From the human T2T-CHM13v2.0 reference genome, Homo sapiens, in the NCBI GenBank assembly GCA_009914755.4, contig CP086569.2, positions 14,560,001-14,624,000 on the forward strand: a stretch of 64,000 bases of DNA. The letters run 5' to 3'. Made by a program: the position numbers and the translations under genes. Positions within the stretch are counted from its first letter, which is position 1; each line of letters begins with the position of its first letter. Below are positions 1 through 17,110 of the stretch, in pieces. The notes beneath the pieces were generated by a model. It did not search any database. It had not been told where the DNA came from and was given only the letters and a program-made list of their open reading frames with translations.

Positions 1-1429
1 GGGATGTTTTCTTTATTTGCCTAGGTCCCTTTGCAGCCCACAACCACCCAGCTAAAATAGGAGATGGCTCATTATGGGCACCAAAGAGGTGTGGTCTCAG
101 GGATAAGTGGTTTGCGATGAAAGCTGTTTTACTCATCTCAAGTCTAGAGAGCATACTATTCTCCACACCTCTGTTCCAGAGACAGAGAAATCTCCCTAGG
201 CTCAACTCTCTCCACTTTTGTCTCAACCTATTTCCCAGTTCCACCAATTCCACAGTGGCATAATCCCACATAGTGGCGTTTTGCCATCTTTCAGTGGAGG
301 TGTAGTTGATGGACCTTTATCTTTTTACTGACCGGCAGATGAACACCGACAAAGGGAACCTCTATGGGTTTATTGCATTTCTCAATGTCCTCCCACCTAG
401 AGCTTTTCATGGGGTCCCAGGACTTAGGGTTTCAGGATGATTTTGTTATGATAGCCCTGATTTGTCGATGTGATGGCTGGCAACTTTTCAGATGGGTTTC
501 ATGGCAAGCTAGGTTCTCCATTTTGCCATGCTTCTCCCAGAGACAGGACAGTAAGGTCTCCAACATTTCAACCTTAACTAATCTGGCATCTGATTCTAGT
601 TGCAGCTTGTTTTGTAACTGATAAACCCTCACCTGCACTGCAAACTCAGCCTCAGTCGCTGAGGTCAGCCAGCAGCAGACAGCCAATCACAGCTCAGAAA
701 CCTGACTTCTGCTTAGAAGCAGGTGCCTGACTTAGAAGCCAGGTGTCTGATTCTGCTGAACCAGACAGTTCAGCATTTTTAGGGTATCCTCATACTCATG
801 CTGTAAGCTCAATCCATCGATAGTGGCTGTTGAGCCCCACACAGATGTAAATGGCCAGCCTGGGAATTTCCTCATAGATTTCCCCTTCCTTAATCCCACT
901 ATGTCAGCCCTCATGGAGTTTTCTGTGACCTCCTGAAAGATTTACCAATTGATGTGATGTAACCACTATTGAGTCCAATAGAGATGACAGCAGGTAACTG
1001 AGGCCAAAAGAAAAGACCTGGAGCCATCAAACAAAGACATAGGGTTTACTGTGGGGACATACATAAGGGGTGTCCAGTGGCAGTAGCCTGGACAGGAAGA
1101 TCACTATCATTTGCAAAAAAGCATGCAGTTCCTGTAGGCTTTTCTCTTAGTACCCTCCACTAAGCAACCTCCATTTAACCCCAAACAAATGGGTTTGAAT
1201 GTATAGCTTGCATTTCAAGAGACAGGTCAGAGGTTTTGTTGTCCTTGAGAGATAAGGAGTGAATCTCTAGGTTGGCCACTCCCACATCTCTCTCCTTATA
1301 GGTTCGTGGTGGCAGCATTAATCTGCTCCTGTACTAGATGGAAAACAGGTTCTCATCTTGTTGATGATAGGAAACTCATTGCATAAAAAGCTGTTGGTGC
1401 TAAAGGAAAACAGGTGAAAAAAAGAGCAT

Positions 1430-1650
1430 ACCAAAACCTGTGGGATACAGCAAAAGAAATGTTAAGAGAAAAGTTCATAGCAATAATTTCCTACATCAAA
1501 ATAGTAGAAGAATTACTCATTAACGATGTAACAATGCACTTCTGTGAACAAGCAAAGTGAAAATAAAAACAAACCGAAAAATAAGAACAACAACAAAAGA
1601 ATAAGGATCAGAGTGTAAGAATAGTTTGAACAAGACCAACTCCATCTTGA
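1430..1650 (+). mobile_element. Ancient L1 ORF2 fragment
   Basis: aaaacctgtgggatacagcaaaagaaatgttaagagaaaagttcatagcaataatttcctacatcaaaa resembles the L1M ORF2 motif LWDAAKAVLRGKFIAINAYIKK (cctatgggatgcagcaaaagcagtgctaagagggaagtttatagcaataaatgcctacatcaaaaaa). Confidence 0.5.
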
Positions 1651-1654
1651 ATAG

Positions 1655-2165
1655 GGGCTGGCTAAAATGAGGCTGATATGTATGGGGCTGCATTCCCAGA
1701 TGATTAAGGTATTCTAAGTCACAGGATGAGATGAGGCTTGGCATAGGTTACAGGTTACAGGTCACAAAGTCCTTGCTGATATAATACGTTGCAGTAAAGA
1801 AGCCAGCAAAAATATACCAAAACCAAGATGGCAATGAGAACCTGATTGTCCTCACTGCTACACTTCCCACCAGTGCAGGGACAGTTTACAAATATCATGG
1901 CAACATCAAAAAGTTATTCTATATGGTCTGAAAAGTGGAAACATGACTAATCCACCCCTTGTTTAGCATATAATCAAGAAATAACCATAAAAATGGGCAA
2001 CTAGCAATCTTTGGAGCTGCTTTGTCTATGAAGTAGCCATTCTTTTATTCCTTTACATTTCCAATAAACTTGCCTTCACTTTACTCTATGAACTTGCCCT
2101 AAATTCTTTCTTGCACAAGATCCAAGAGCCCTCCCTTGGGTTCTGGTTTGCAACCCCTTTCCATT
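1655..2165 (+). repeat. Possible solo ERV LTR (R/U5-like end), family unassigned
   Basis: ...ttccaataaacttgccttcactttactctatg ... caagagccctcccttgggttctggtttgcaaccccttt. The AATAAA plus U5-like ending is typical of class I ERV LTRs. Confidence 0.3.
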
Positions 2166-3488
2166 AGTATCTTTCTGGCAAATGCTGAAAGGACAAACTG
2201 AAGCAACTCCTGACCCAAAGGAAAATTATCTGCATGTGCCCATTATCTGATGTTCAGTAAGTGGGCTGCATTTACCCTGGTAAAGTGATAGGGTTCGATG
2301 CTTAACTTGGGGGAGTTACAGTCTCTCCTAAGACAGAGTGGGTTAAAGGCTCCTTTTAATAAAAGGCAAAGATGCTTACCCCAACTCGAGTTTGAGGCCC
2401 AACTTAAAAGTGTTCAAGTTCTTCCTAAGATTTAGGGGGTTAGATTCTCCTCTCAGTAAACTCCTTCCAGTTAAGAGCAGGTTTGGCACTGTGAGATGTT
2501 AAGTGTTATTCCTTTTTGATTAATCTGCCTTGCAATCTTTGCTAATGGCTGTGGATAACAGGATTAGGGAAGTACAGAATCCTGGAACATGGGAAGCCTT
2601 TTTTTCTCCCCCTAAAGTGGGACACTTGAGAGCTGATGGGACTGCTGACTATAATGTCATAAAATAATTAACAGTTTTCAAATTTGGGGAACTCAGAGTG
2701 AAAGCTAAATTTGCTTACAAAATGCTGCATCAAAATGCTCTAAACTGTAAATAACTCAAAGGAAAAATGTTTTCTGACTCTTCTTTAACCAGAGCAGCAG
2801 ATTTTTAAACAACATCTTATTTGTGACACTTGGAACTGCCACTCACATGCTAAGCAGCTCTTGTCATATGATAATTATCAGGCACTGGACAATCTGGCAG
2901 CTCTTCCCATGGTTAGAGTCTGTACTAAGGAAAAAGGAGGCTCTCTGCTCATGAGTGTCTCCTCTTTGTATCTTCTAGGTAGCAAGATTCTATGTAAAGC
3001 ATTATTAATTTTTCAAGAAACTTTTGGGCACCATTATTTCCATTAGCTTCAGTTAACATTCCATAGCAAGGCAGGAAATGCCCCTCAAGTGAAAATGTTC
3101 TAGTTCAGTCATTGACATTGGGAAGTGCTCATAGACCTGTGGTAGAAGCCCCAGTAAATGCTCCACAAAGGCTGTGAAGTGGAAGATTTGTTCTATCACT
3201 CCAGCTTCTACCTTACATTCTGTGGGCTCAGACAGTCTTACTAGTTCCTATTTAGCATGTCCACTTTAATGAACATTTCTCAAAGGGCAGATTTTCATGC
3301 CTTCAGTTATGGTTGTTCTCCCTTTAGCTTCTTCAGGTTGAATACATGCCTCCAGTTTTACAGTACTAGTTAGGGGGAACATCCCTGAGTCAGATACATT
3401 GGTACACATTTTCATAACACATTTAGGTAAAGGAGTCAAAACTACCTTACAGACAGCCTTTATAAACACTCACATTTCATAATCTTAC

Positions 3489-6352
<2,864 letters not shown>

Positions 6353-9300
6353 TTATGTAGGAAGGGGTTTTTCCTCAGAATAAGCTGTAGGAGTCTTTTT
6401 AGTTTGGAATGTTTCCTTCCAAAAGAGGAGATGCAAGTCCTCCAATGGCTTACAGGTATATTGAGGCTGGTCTGGCAGATCTTGGGACTCCTGAGCTGTC
6501 AGTCTCACAGATTCCTCAGGGGGTGTCAAAAGTTTAACTCGGGTGTGGTGAATCCAAGATTCCAGTCCGGCCACCTTGACTGCAGTGGGGGTAGAGAAGA
6601 TTACCGAGTATTGTCCTTCCCACAAAGAATCCATAGATGGGGAGGTAGAGGGGAGCGATTTGATCAACACTAGATCTCCCTATTGAAACAACTCCATTTC
6701 CTTTTCTCTGTGACATCCTTCAGGTGGATTTCTAAGGTTTTGTTGATATTTTGCCAAATAAGTTATATCTTTGACCAAGTTGGCCATTTCCTGATCAAGT
6801 AGATCATTTGTGAGAAATGGTCCTTAATACAGCATTTTATATAGAATGAGCCCCATTTTGTGAGGAGAATTTCAGATTCTCAAGAAGGCCATGGGCAAGA
6901 GAGTAGGCCATGGGAGATGAGTTTCTTGTGTTAGTTTCCTTAAGTGCTTCTTGAGTGTTTCATTTGCCTTCTCCACCTTCCCTGAGGATTGTGGCCTTCA
7001 GGTGCAGTGAAGGTGATATTGTATCCCTAGTGCCCTGGAAATTCCCTGAGCTATTGTAGCTTTAAAAGCTGGACTGTTGTCACGTTGTAAGCTTTCAGGA
7101 AGCTGAAATCTAGGAATTATAACCACTTCCTGAGACTTCTTTTTCTTGCAGGGGAAGGCTTCTAACCAATTTGTAAAGATATCAACACAGACCAACAAGT
7201 ATTAAAATCCCTTTGACTTAGGCATATGGGTGAAGTCTAACTGCCTATAGGTCACTATCTCCAGATATCCTGGAGAATAGTGACCTATTCTTTGTTCCCC
7301 AAGAGGGCCCTTATGATAGACCAAGGGATTATTCCTTTGGCACACCTCAGAGGCTTTGACTACTTGTTGGATGGTCTGGAGGAAATTTGGCCCTGTAAAT
7401 AGGGATTTGGCCATTGGATGAGTGTTCTCAATACCCATATGAAAAGCTTGTTGGAGGGTTTTAAGTATTTTCCACGAAAGTTTCCATTCTGTTTCAGTCG
7501 GGGAATATTGGGGCTTAATCTCTTTGAGAGGGTTGTTCCATACCAAATGTCTTTCCGTAGGTACTTCTAATGGGAGTTTCCACCTGGCAGAAATTTTAGC
7601 CTCAGCATATGCCCACTGGTTTCCTTCTGCTTTTTCTCCACCTTTTTGATGGCTTTGGCAGTGTCAGACTCCCAACTCCTTGGGTTTTTGCACTGCATAC
7701 CATAACTCCATGATTTCCTTGTCGTATTTAATGGGGTTTCCCATAGAGTTTAGGAACTTCCTTTCTTTCCATATTGCAACATCAGCATGTAGGATTAGAT
7801 AAGCATACTTGCTATCTGTATATATATTTATTCTTTTTCCCTTTCTCAGTTCTAAGGCTCAGGCAATTGCCACTAGTTCTGCTAACTAGGTAGTGGTCCC
7901 TGAGAGAAGAGGCTTATTTTTGAGTATGGTTACATCACTAAGTATGGCATAACCCGCTCTTCATATCCCATTCTCCACAAATGAACTTCCATCATTATAT
8001 AGGTTAAGGTCAGAATTAGCTACTGGGACTTCTAGGAGTTCACCTTGGGTGGTGTAAGTCTGGACTATAATTTGTTGGTAGTCATGCTCAATTGGTTCCC
8101 CATCCTCTGGGAGAAAAGTCACAGGGTTCAGAGCCACACACATATGTATTTGAAGCACTGGTCCCTCAAGGAGTAGCACCTGGTATCTAAGTAGGTGGTT
8201 GTCTGATAGCCATAAACTTCCTTTGGCACCTAGTATGCCATTTACATCTGAGTAGTTCAGTCATGAGATCCTCTCCTTGTGTTATTTTGATAGCCTCTGA
8301 TACTACAACAGCCACTGCCACAACTACCCATAAACAGTGTGGACAGCCTTTTGCTACTGTATCAATTCCCTTAGGTAGGTCACTGGTTGTGGGGTTGTCC
8401 CCTGAGTCTGAGTAAGAACTCCAAGAGCTATTCCTGCTCTCTCTGTGACAAATAAAGAGAAGTTTTGTCCTGTTGGAAGGCTTAAGGCGAATCTTGTACT
8501 AGGGCCTGCTTTAAGGTTTTGAAGACTGTTTCTGCCTCTGGTTCCCATTCTACTAGATGAGTATTTGCCCTCTGGGTCTCATTGGTTAGAGTATAGAGAG
8601 GCCTGTCTATGTTGCTGTATCTGGGGATCCATAGCTGGCAAAAGCCAGTGATCCCAAGGAACCCCCACAACCATTTTAATGTCTTAGAACAAGGATAAGC
8701 CAGTATAGGTCTATTTGTTTCTTGCTGAGGACCCTGGTTCCTCTGGCTAAGATTAGGCAAAAATATTTGACTTGTTGTAGGCAGAGCTGACCCTTCAATT
8801 TAGACACCTTGTACTCTTGGTTAGCTAGAAAGTTCAAAAGATCTAGAGTAGCCTGCTGGCATAAGGCTTCTAAACTGTTAGCTAAAAGTAAATCATCCAC
8901 ACACTGAAGGACCACAGTGCCTGGACTTGAGAAGTGGACTAGATCTGGGGCAGTGCCTGACCAAACAGATGAGGGCTATCTGTAAACCCTTGAGGCAAGA
9001 CTGTTCACTAAGTTGGGAAGTGTGGTTGGTAGGATCCTCAAAAGCAAAGAGAAACTGGGAAACAGAGTGCGGGGAAACACAGAAGGCATTTTTGAGCTCC
9101 AGAACAGTGAACCATTCTGCTTCCTCTGGAATTTGAGAGAGCAGTGTATAGGGGTTGAGTACAACTGCATATAGAGAAATTACTGCCTAATTGATGAGTC
9201 TAAGATCTTGCCTAGTCTACACTGACTGTTCAGTTTTTGTACTCCTAGAATTGGGGTGTTGCTGGGACTGCTGTATTTTGTTACTAAGCCTTGAGCTTTT

Positions 9301-9810
9301 AAATGTCTAACTATATCCTGTAATCCTTTATGGCTTCAGGCCTTAAGGGATATTGCCTTTGATAAGGAAAGTGGTAGAGTCTTATATCGTGATTTGGACT
9401 GGGCAGGCATTTTTTGCCCTTCAAAATTGTCCTGCCCAGAATTCAGGGTTGATTCCCTCCTCAAGTAGGAGACAACAAATGGGTAACTTGTCCCCCATAT
9501 TCATATAGATAACAGCTCCAGCTTTGGCTAATATATCCCTCCCTAATAAGGTTGTGGGACTTTCAGGCATAACAAGAAAGCCATGTGAAAAGAGCAAAGT
9601 CTCTCAATTACAACTGAGGAGGTTGGAGAAATATCTGGTTAGAGGCTCTCCCAGGATTCCTTGGATGGTAATGGGCCTTGAGGACAGCCATCTAGGACAG
9701 GAGATTAACACTGAGAAGGCCATGCTCAAGTGCAAGAGGAAGTCAATTTCCTGGCACTCAATGGTTAAACATACCCAGGGCTCAGTGAGGGTGATAACAT
9801 GAGCTGGCAC
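6353..9810 (-). pseudogene. ERV9 pol remnants (PR-RT-RNaseH-IN), multiple frameshifts and stops
   Basis: ORFs 8676-8915 (VLQCVDDLLLA, RT palm), 8354-8548 (ERAGIALGVLTQTQGTTPQPVTYL, RT connection), 7961-8179 (YNDGSS, RNase H start), 7202-7546 and 6998-7198 (integrase zinc-finger/core), 6353-6670 (DSLWEGQYSVI...TPTAVKVAGLESWIHHTRVK, IN C-terminus). Confidence 0.75.
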
Positions 9811-10162
9811 TTGCCCTAGACACCCTCAGTCCTGCTGTTGGATCATATGGTTGGCGGCTTCTGGCCCAGAGAACCTTTGCCATCTGGAGCAGTATGCCTT
9901 CCAGTTATTGCCTTGGCATAGTGGACATGGGTTAGGGGGAAGCTTGTTTCTCATTGACAATCTTTTTTAAAGTGTCCTTGCAAACCACACTGATAACAAG
10001 CCCTACAGGGTGATTGGCGTGCTCCATTTCCTGTCCTTTCTGAACGACCAAGGTTTGTTTTTCTGAGGGACATGACTAATGCTGTGGCCTTTCCCTATTC
10101 TCACTTTTCCTTTTCAGCCTGTCCCTCTTGGTCCCTACTATAGAACAGCGATGTTGCCAGAT

Positions 10163-11322
10163 TTAATAATGCCTCCAGATTTTGTTCAGGGCCCAGGGCT
10201 CACTTTTGGAGCTGTCTCCTGATATCTGCAGCTGATTGGTAATAAACTTATCTTTTAAGATCAGTTGACCCTTGAATGAGTCAGGTGACAGGGGAGCATA
10301 TTTTCTTATGGCCTCCAGCAGCCACTCAAAGAAGGCAGAAGGATTTTCTTCCTTTCCCTGAGTTATGGTGGACATCATTGAATAATTCATGGGCTTTTTC
10401 CTAATTCTCCTTAGTCCTTCTAGAATACAGGTCAGCAGATGTTTATGACTGCAGTCCCCATGATTTGAGTCTAGGTCCTGGTGGGGATCCATACTGGGGT
10501 TGGCTTGTTGACTGGTTTAGAATTTGTCCCTTTCTTCAGCTGTCATTCTAGCATTTACTTGACCAAGATATCAGGTATCTCCAAACTCTTGGGCTGCAGC
10601 TAAAGCCACATTATTTTCATTAAACGCCAGGGTTTGGTCTAACAAAAGCATGACATCTATCCAATTGAGGTCAAAGATTTGCCCTAGACCATGTAGGACA
10701 TCTATATAACTATCAGGATCATCTGAAAACTTCCGCAGATCTACCTTGATCTGCTTTAAATCAGAGAGGAAGAAGGGGACATGTACCCAGGTTGGGCCAA
10801 ATTCCCCTCCCCCTACAGCTTGAAGGGACATAACTGATACCCCAGGGGCTTTTGTGGTCCCTTGGAGATTTCTTTGCTTGCTTCCTTCTGGGTGGGGGAT
10901 ATTAGAGGAGGCTTATCATTAATAGGAAGTGGAGCTGTAGGAAAGCTAGAATATGGAGGTAAGTTGAGAAGTCCTCCTTTGGGATGTAAATTGTAAGTTT
11001 TGCATAGTTGTGGATTCACCTTCAATGAAAAGAAAGCTTGGACTTAAGGTATTTCCCTCCATTTGTCTTCCCTCTTAAAGGAAAGGTCAAGCCGTAGGAT
11101 AGTATTGTAATGTATACTTTCCTCAGGTTGCCATTTTTCCACATCAGAGAGAATATTGGGGCCAGGCTGTAATGCAGAAAATAATAAGCCACTTTTTTTC
11201 AGGGTTTGTGCGTCTAATTGGTTACAGTGGCTTAGGATGCATTTCAAGGGTGAGCCTGTTGATGCCTGTTTCCCATCTGGAATAAAAATCTGCCTGCAGT
11301 TTTGTTTTGTTTGCCTCCCCAA
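10163..11322 (-). pseudogene. ERV9 gag remnants (MA/p12/CA), disrupted
   Basis: Minus-strand ORFs 10571-10831 (FSDDPDSYIDVLHGLGQIFDLNWIDVMLLLDQTL, CA N-terminus-like) and 10163-10492 (AFFEWLLEAIRKYAPLSPDSFKGQLILKDKF, CA MHR-like). Confidence 0.7.
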
Positions 11323-12453
11323 GAACCCACAACAGTCCCTGGGCCCTGCTGATCAGAATAGTTGCACTCACCAAAGCAACTGCAGAAACACTACTTTATT
11401 TCCTAGACCACAAAGAGGACTGAGGAAGGTTGGATTTAGTGGCCCTTACCGACATATTCTCAAAAACCTGCAACTTTGCCTTTCCTCTTAGACCACAAAG
11501 AGGACCAAGAAAAATCGGGTTTAGTGGCCTTTACTGAAGCATTCTTGAAAACCTGTAAGAGTCCTGAGCATTATCCTGTTAGTGTTGGGACCTTACCCTT
11601 GTCCTATGAAGATGATATGCCTGAAAATGGAGGGGAGGGCCATAACCTGAAGGAAAGAAGAGATCTCCAGGGTTGGAAGAATGGCAGTTTTGTTCTCACT
11701 TCTCATCATATGAATAGGAAGGATAAAATTTCTGAGGCTCCTCCTATCCTATCTTTGGGAATAGCCTTTGTTAGAACTACTAGTCTGAGGAGGCATCCTA
11801 AAAGGATAGATGGCATTCCAGATAGACTCCCTGCCAACAAAGGGACTTGGGCAAAAATTATATCTTTCTGATTGGTGAGTCTGGGCGCCTAAAAAAATGA
11901 ACAGAGTCCTGAAATTTATACTAGAAATTATTCTAATAGGAGAAACTAGAAAAGCACTAGAGATGAGAGTGGTTTTTGGAAGCAGGACTAGCCTTGGAGA
12001 AGAGAGGCAGGAGGAAGTTTTTCTGACAGGTATTAAGACCCAGGAAGCAAGGGTTAGGATAGATACATTAGATGGGTGAGTCTCGTTTGGGCAATGTGAT
12101 TTTGAGAGTTCCACTCATGGCTGCAGGGTCAACCAACTTTTTTGGGAACCCAGAGCTGAATGGCTTTCCTCTCTCTTGACCCTTGGATCAGTCTGGAAGT
12201 ACAGGAATAGTGAAAGCTGGTTCCAGGCAAACCAACATTCCCATATCCAAAGAGTTGGGGATTGTTAGAGAACCTTTTCCCAGAAAGCCTGACACCCATG
12301 TCTTTAGTTCAATGGCTGTGGTAGTCACTTTTAACTGGCTGACAGTTGCCTGGTGTTTAGCCCCCAAATTCCAAGGAAAATAGGACAGAATAGCAAGCAA
12401 AAGGGGTCCAACAGTACTCACTGTGTGGTGATATCCTGGATGAGCACCAAAGA

Positions 12454-12880
12454 TGTGTCTGGAGTTAGTTCCTGCCTGTGGATTTGTGATCTCACTAACT
12501 TCAAGAATGAAGCCATGGACCTTTGCAGTGTTATAGCTCTTAAAGGTGGCATGGACCCAAAGAGTGAGCAGCTGCAAGATTTACTGTGAAGAGTGAAAGA
12601 ACAAAACTTCCACAGCATGGAAGGGGATGTGAGTGGGTTTCTGCTGCTGGCTGGGGTGGCCAGCTTTTATTCCCTTATTTGTCCCTGCCCATGTTCTGCC
12701 AATTGGTCCATTTTACCTAGTGCTGATTGGTCCATTTTACAAACCTCTATCTAGCTACAGAGCACTGATTGGTGCATTTTTACAGAAAACTGATTGGTGC
12801 ATTTTACAAACATCTTGTAAGACAGAAAAATTCTCCAAGTTCCCACTCGACCCAGGAAGTCCAGGTGACTTCACCTCTCA
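12454..12880 (-). repeat. ERV9 5' LTR (LTR12 family), about 427 bp
   Basis: On the minus strand it reads TGAGAGGTGAAGTCACCTGGACTTCCTGGGTCGAGTGGGAACTTGGAGAA..., which is LTR12-like at its start. Then U3 CCAAT repeats, AATAAA (cacAATAAAtcttgcagctgctc) and R/U5 ending ...CCAGACACA. A PBS-like TTTGGTGCTCATCCAGGA follows. Confidence 0.75.
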
Positions 12881-13253
12881 ATACCAATCTTTACGTTTTT
12901 TATGTTCTGGTCCCAGGAATCTTTCTTTTCTACTCCCAGACCATTTTATCTTTTCTGGAAAAAAAGTATTTGGGTTTCTAGTAGGGCATCCATCCAAAGA
13001 ACTCAGATTGCTTTGTCAATCTTTATCTTAATTGGCTTCAGCATTGCTCCAGGCAATGCCAGTTTTTCACTGTGTTTTACCTTTTGATTTTTCTTAAATT
13101 TCCTTAATATGGTGCAAATAGTAGAAAACTATCTTTTGGGTTTTTTTTTAATGTTGGGGTACCAAAAGGGGTTCCCCTTGGTCCACTCAGCCTTTGATAT
13201 TATTGTAAATACCTTTGTTTTGACCCTATCAATTTTTATGTATGTATGTATGT

Positions 13254-13546
13254 ATTTTTGAGATGGAGTCTCACTCTGTTGCACAGGCTGCAGTGCAGTA
13301 GCATGATCACGGTTCACTGCAACCTCCATCTCCATGTTTCAAGGAATTCTGCCTCAGTCTACTGAGTAGTTGGGACTACAGTTGCATGCCACCATGCTCG
13401 GCTAATTTCCTTTTTTTTTTTTTTTAGTAAGTAGAGACAGGATTTCATTGTGTTAGCCGGGATGGTCTTGATCTCCTGAACTCATGATCCACCTGCCTTG
13501 GCCTTCCAAAGTGATGAGATTACAGGTGTGAACCACAACACCAAGC
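13254..13546 (-). mobile_element. Alu (minus strand)
   Basis: ttttgagatggagtctcactctgttgcacaggctgcagtgcag ... ccaaagtgatgagattacaggtgtgaacc. Confidence 0.9.
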
Positions 13547-14606
13547 TTCATTTTATTTATTAATAACCATTTAAAAGATTTCTACCCACCTTCCAGAGCA
13601 AGTCCTTTGATTTTCTTTCCCTTTCCAATTTCATTGTTATTGTTATTCATCTTAATGTTTTATTAAGCATCTGTAGGAAACAGGAGGTAGAGCAAATTTA
13701 AAAAGTCTTCTTAAGTAGTTGTATGATTTGGAAGGAGTAATGTCACATGAGATGCCCATGTGAAAGGGGCCTTCTTAACCCCAGCATTTAGTATGACATA
13801 GGTAATAGGCATATTCAGTGGGACCATATACAGTCATCATAAACCTAGTCCCATATGGCTTGCATGGGAAGCATATTAATTTGTTCATCTGGGTTGCTCC
13901 ACTTGACATTTTATTAGGGAGAATTGGACAGTTGCCTTCTAAGGATCAATGAACCTTATGGTGGCATTTATCCAATCCAGTGGCTGGTTGTTCTCTTAGA
14001 ACTAGACTCCTGTGCATCTGTGTCCCGTATACTCATTAGTAATTGTTTAATATAGTGCGTTGTGGATCATGGATCAACCAAACAAGCTCCTTCATTCTGT
14101 AGGATTTAAAATTAAGGACACTGTTTTTAAAATTATTTTTAGAATCCATTATAGTAAAGGTTTTTCATGAAGCTAATGATACCAATCTACAAAATGTAAC
14201 AATTTCTTAACATTACACTCTCTGATTTTAATGGTAGCTTAGTTTTGTCCTTCCCTCACATTGACTATATTTTTGGTAACTATAGGTTTCAGATGTAATT
14301 TTTTTTTGCTCGTTTAATTTTCCTTCCTAGGAGTAGCTAAGAATCCACTCAACATTCTTTAGTCTCATCTTGGCTATTCTAAATAATAACCAAGGGATCA
14401 AATCAAATTTTCACTTTTTCCTTATTAGTTTGCATTTGCTTATGCATTCAGTGAACTAATTCCCTGAGAGTATGAGTATGATCCATCTCTTAATTCCAGT
14501 GGTAAAATTTGCCTTTAGTGACTGAAGGCAGCCCAGCTGCAGTTCCATGCTGTGAGTGATCACAGGGCCACCCAAGGGTCAAAGTTTCTAATTTCCCACC
14601 CTTTTA

Positions 14607-14687
14607 TTAGGTTAGTGCGATAGTAATTGTGGTTTTTGCCATTACTTTCATATGGCAAAAAGCACAATTACTTTTGCACCAAGCTAA
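14607..14687. mobile_element. MADE1 (Hsmar1-derived 80-bp MITE) flanked by TA
   Basis: ttaggttagtgcgatagtaattgtggtttttgccatt ... aatggcaaaaagcacaattacttttgcaccaagctaa. The two ends are about 37-bp inverted repeats, and a TA dinucleotide flanks both sides. Confidence 0.8.
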
Positions 14688-15995
14688 TATTTTTCTCTAT
14701 ATCCATTTAGTTTTATTTATATATATTTTTAATTTTAGAGTGACTTTTAAGGAGCCTCTGAACTATAAAAATGACATTTTCTTCAGCAAAAAAACACTTA
14801 TGTTTTATAACTTTACTAAATCCACATCTAGCTGTCCTACTATTCTAATTCTTAGTAACCCAGATTCCCAGTGGAAAACCTATGATTACTTATTTTAAAT
14901 ATAAAATGACTTTAAAGATGTAAATTACTAGAGATAATAAAGATTGAATTTACCAAATTAATCTTACCAGAGATTACCAAAGTCAAGTAAACTAAAAGAC
15001 ATTAATCAAGATAATGTTTATCCATCTGATAAACATTCACATTATTTAAACCAATTAATTAGAGCTTTTTCTATAGTTTGGTAGTGAAATATTAAACATA
15101 ACATATATACACATGTAGATAAAATAGACATATAGATAGAGGCAAATTGTATAAGATTTTTTATTTGCCTATTTTTAAAAATCTTTTTTACTTCAGACTG
15201 TTATTGTTACAAAATATTACAGGAGTAAACACAAGATGAAGGAGAAAACTTACTATCCTAGGCCTTCTCAAATGAGAGAAAAAGCTGAAGAAGCAGGGCA
15301 CAGAAGTCAAACTTCTCAGATATTGATACAGGAGCTAAAAAAATTATTTGGGCAGATACTAGGGTAACAGAGTCTTCAGCAACATTTCCCTTTTAACAAA
15401 AATTGACCCCCAAATCATTCATTTTCTAACAAAGAGCATCCTGAAGAGTAAAGCTGAAGATGTAGTTAAGCAAGCTGGACGACGGCACATAGGAATACCA
15501 GCAGCTGTGCCAATAGAAAAGGGCTATCTGAAAGTCAGGTATGTTCAACATGTGTACAGTAAAAAAGTAGATAACAAGGCAGAGAACTAACCTGCATAAT
15601 AAAAGATTAGGATTGGGCTGGCCAGCTTCCTCACATGTTATGCAAATTGTGTACATGGTTCAACCAATCTTTCACACCTTATGTCTGACAACTCCTTAAG
15701 ATAGTCTATAAAACCTTGTGAATTTCACCACAGAACTGGAAACTCATTTTATCTGGGACCCTTCTCTCTGCAGCAGAGAGAAATTTTCTCTTTCTTTTGA
15801 CTATGAAAACTTCAGCTCTGAACCTCACCCTGATGTGCCCATGTTTTAGTTTCCCATGGCTATGAGACAACAAATCTCAGGTATTACCCCAGATGAATGA
15901 CACTGCCTCAATAACAAACTGAAAAATTTCAAAAAGAAACAGATTATACAATTAAAAAATTAAAAGCTTCTTTCCTTAACAGATCAAATACTTCT

Positions 15996-16210
15996 GGCCA
16001 AGCACAGTGGCTCACCCCTGTAATGCTAGCACTTTGGGAAGCCAAGGCAGCTGGACTACCTGAGCTCAGCCATTTTACACCAGCTAGGAAAAGATGGCCA
16101 AAGCCTTTCTCTACCAGCCTGAGAGGCAGAGGTTGTAGTGAGCCAAGATCACAGAAACAGTGAAACTCTGTTCCAGAAAACAAGCAAACAAACAAATAAG
16201 TAAACAAAAA
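15996..16210 (+). mobile_element. Old Alu (AluJ/FLAM-like, internally deleted)
   Basis: ggccaagcacagtggctcacccctgtaatgctagcactttgggaagccaaggcag ... gaggttgtagtgagccaagatcac ... A-rich tail. Confidence 0.75.
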
Positions 16211-16982
16211 GGTGTCAAATATTTTTAACAAAACCTTGTTCTAACCAATTATTTTTTTTGTATTGTGTATTTTTAAAATCAGTCATTTTTAGATTATTAA
16301 TCTTTGTATTTAATTATAGCTATCTTAATCATGTAACTTTTTTATAAATTCAATTTTTAATAACGTTTTATGACTTACGCAAACCATTCACAATATGCCT
16401 GGACTTTTGGGTTTGTCCTGAACATCTCTCTTTGAAAACCAGTCATTTTATTTTAGTGCAAAAATTTGCCATTAAAGACTCTTTTTTATTAAAATTATTT
16501 TTCTTTTAATCTTTCTTACCAAAAATACCTCCCCATATCTATAGCTTTATTTCTATTTTATTTCCTTGTTACTTTTACTTCATTTTGTACATAACCTTAG
16601 AATTGGACACAATTATTTACCTTTAATAAGAACATATTTTTAGCAATATTTTTCTATAATTTTTAATTGAAAATTACCCAGATATTTAGTTAAATATCTG
16701 CTATTTAACATTACTTCAGGTTCTAAATTATGATGTTTACAAACATTTATTCCATGACATTTACCTAATTATTTTATTTTAATAGTTTATTTAGATTATG
16801 ACAACTATGATAGTCATCAATTGAACGTTATTTCTTTGTCAACCATTTTTATAGCCTGTTAATTTCAGGTGTTTACTTAAGTAAAATATGTGGTTATTTT
16901 TACCAATACCTCAAGATTTAGCTTTTTAGCTTTTTCCACTAACTAACAATATTAAATGTTTTATCAAAAATTACACAAGCCA

Positions 16983-17110
16983 CCAGGCCTGGCAGCTAAT
17001 GCCTGTAATCTAAGAACTATGGGAGGCAGAGGTTGCAGTGAGCCAAGAGTGCACCACAGCTTTCCAGTTTGGGCAACAAAATGAGACTCTGTCTCAAAAC
17101 AAAACAAAAC
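16983..17110 (+). mobile_element. Alu with about 170-bp internal deletion, flanked by a perfect 15-bp TSD aaaaattacacaagc (16966-16980 and 17111-17125)
   Basis: Alu head (ccaggcctggcagctaatgcctgtaatc...tatgggaggc) is joined directly to the right-arm end (agaggttgcagtgagccaag...gagactctgtctcaaaac). The junction falls at the GGGAGGC direct repeat. Confidence 0.8.

Noticed and set aside
12188-12577. 129-aa minus-strand ORF spanning the ERV9 5' LTR U5/PBS/leader
   Set aside because: It crosses the LTR/PBS boundary, which is a non-coding proviral leader, so it is a chance ORF.
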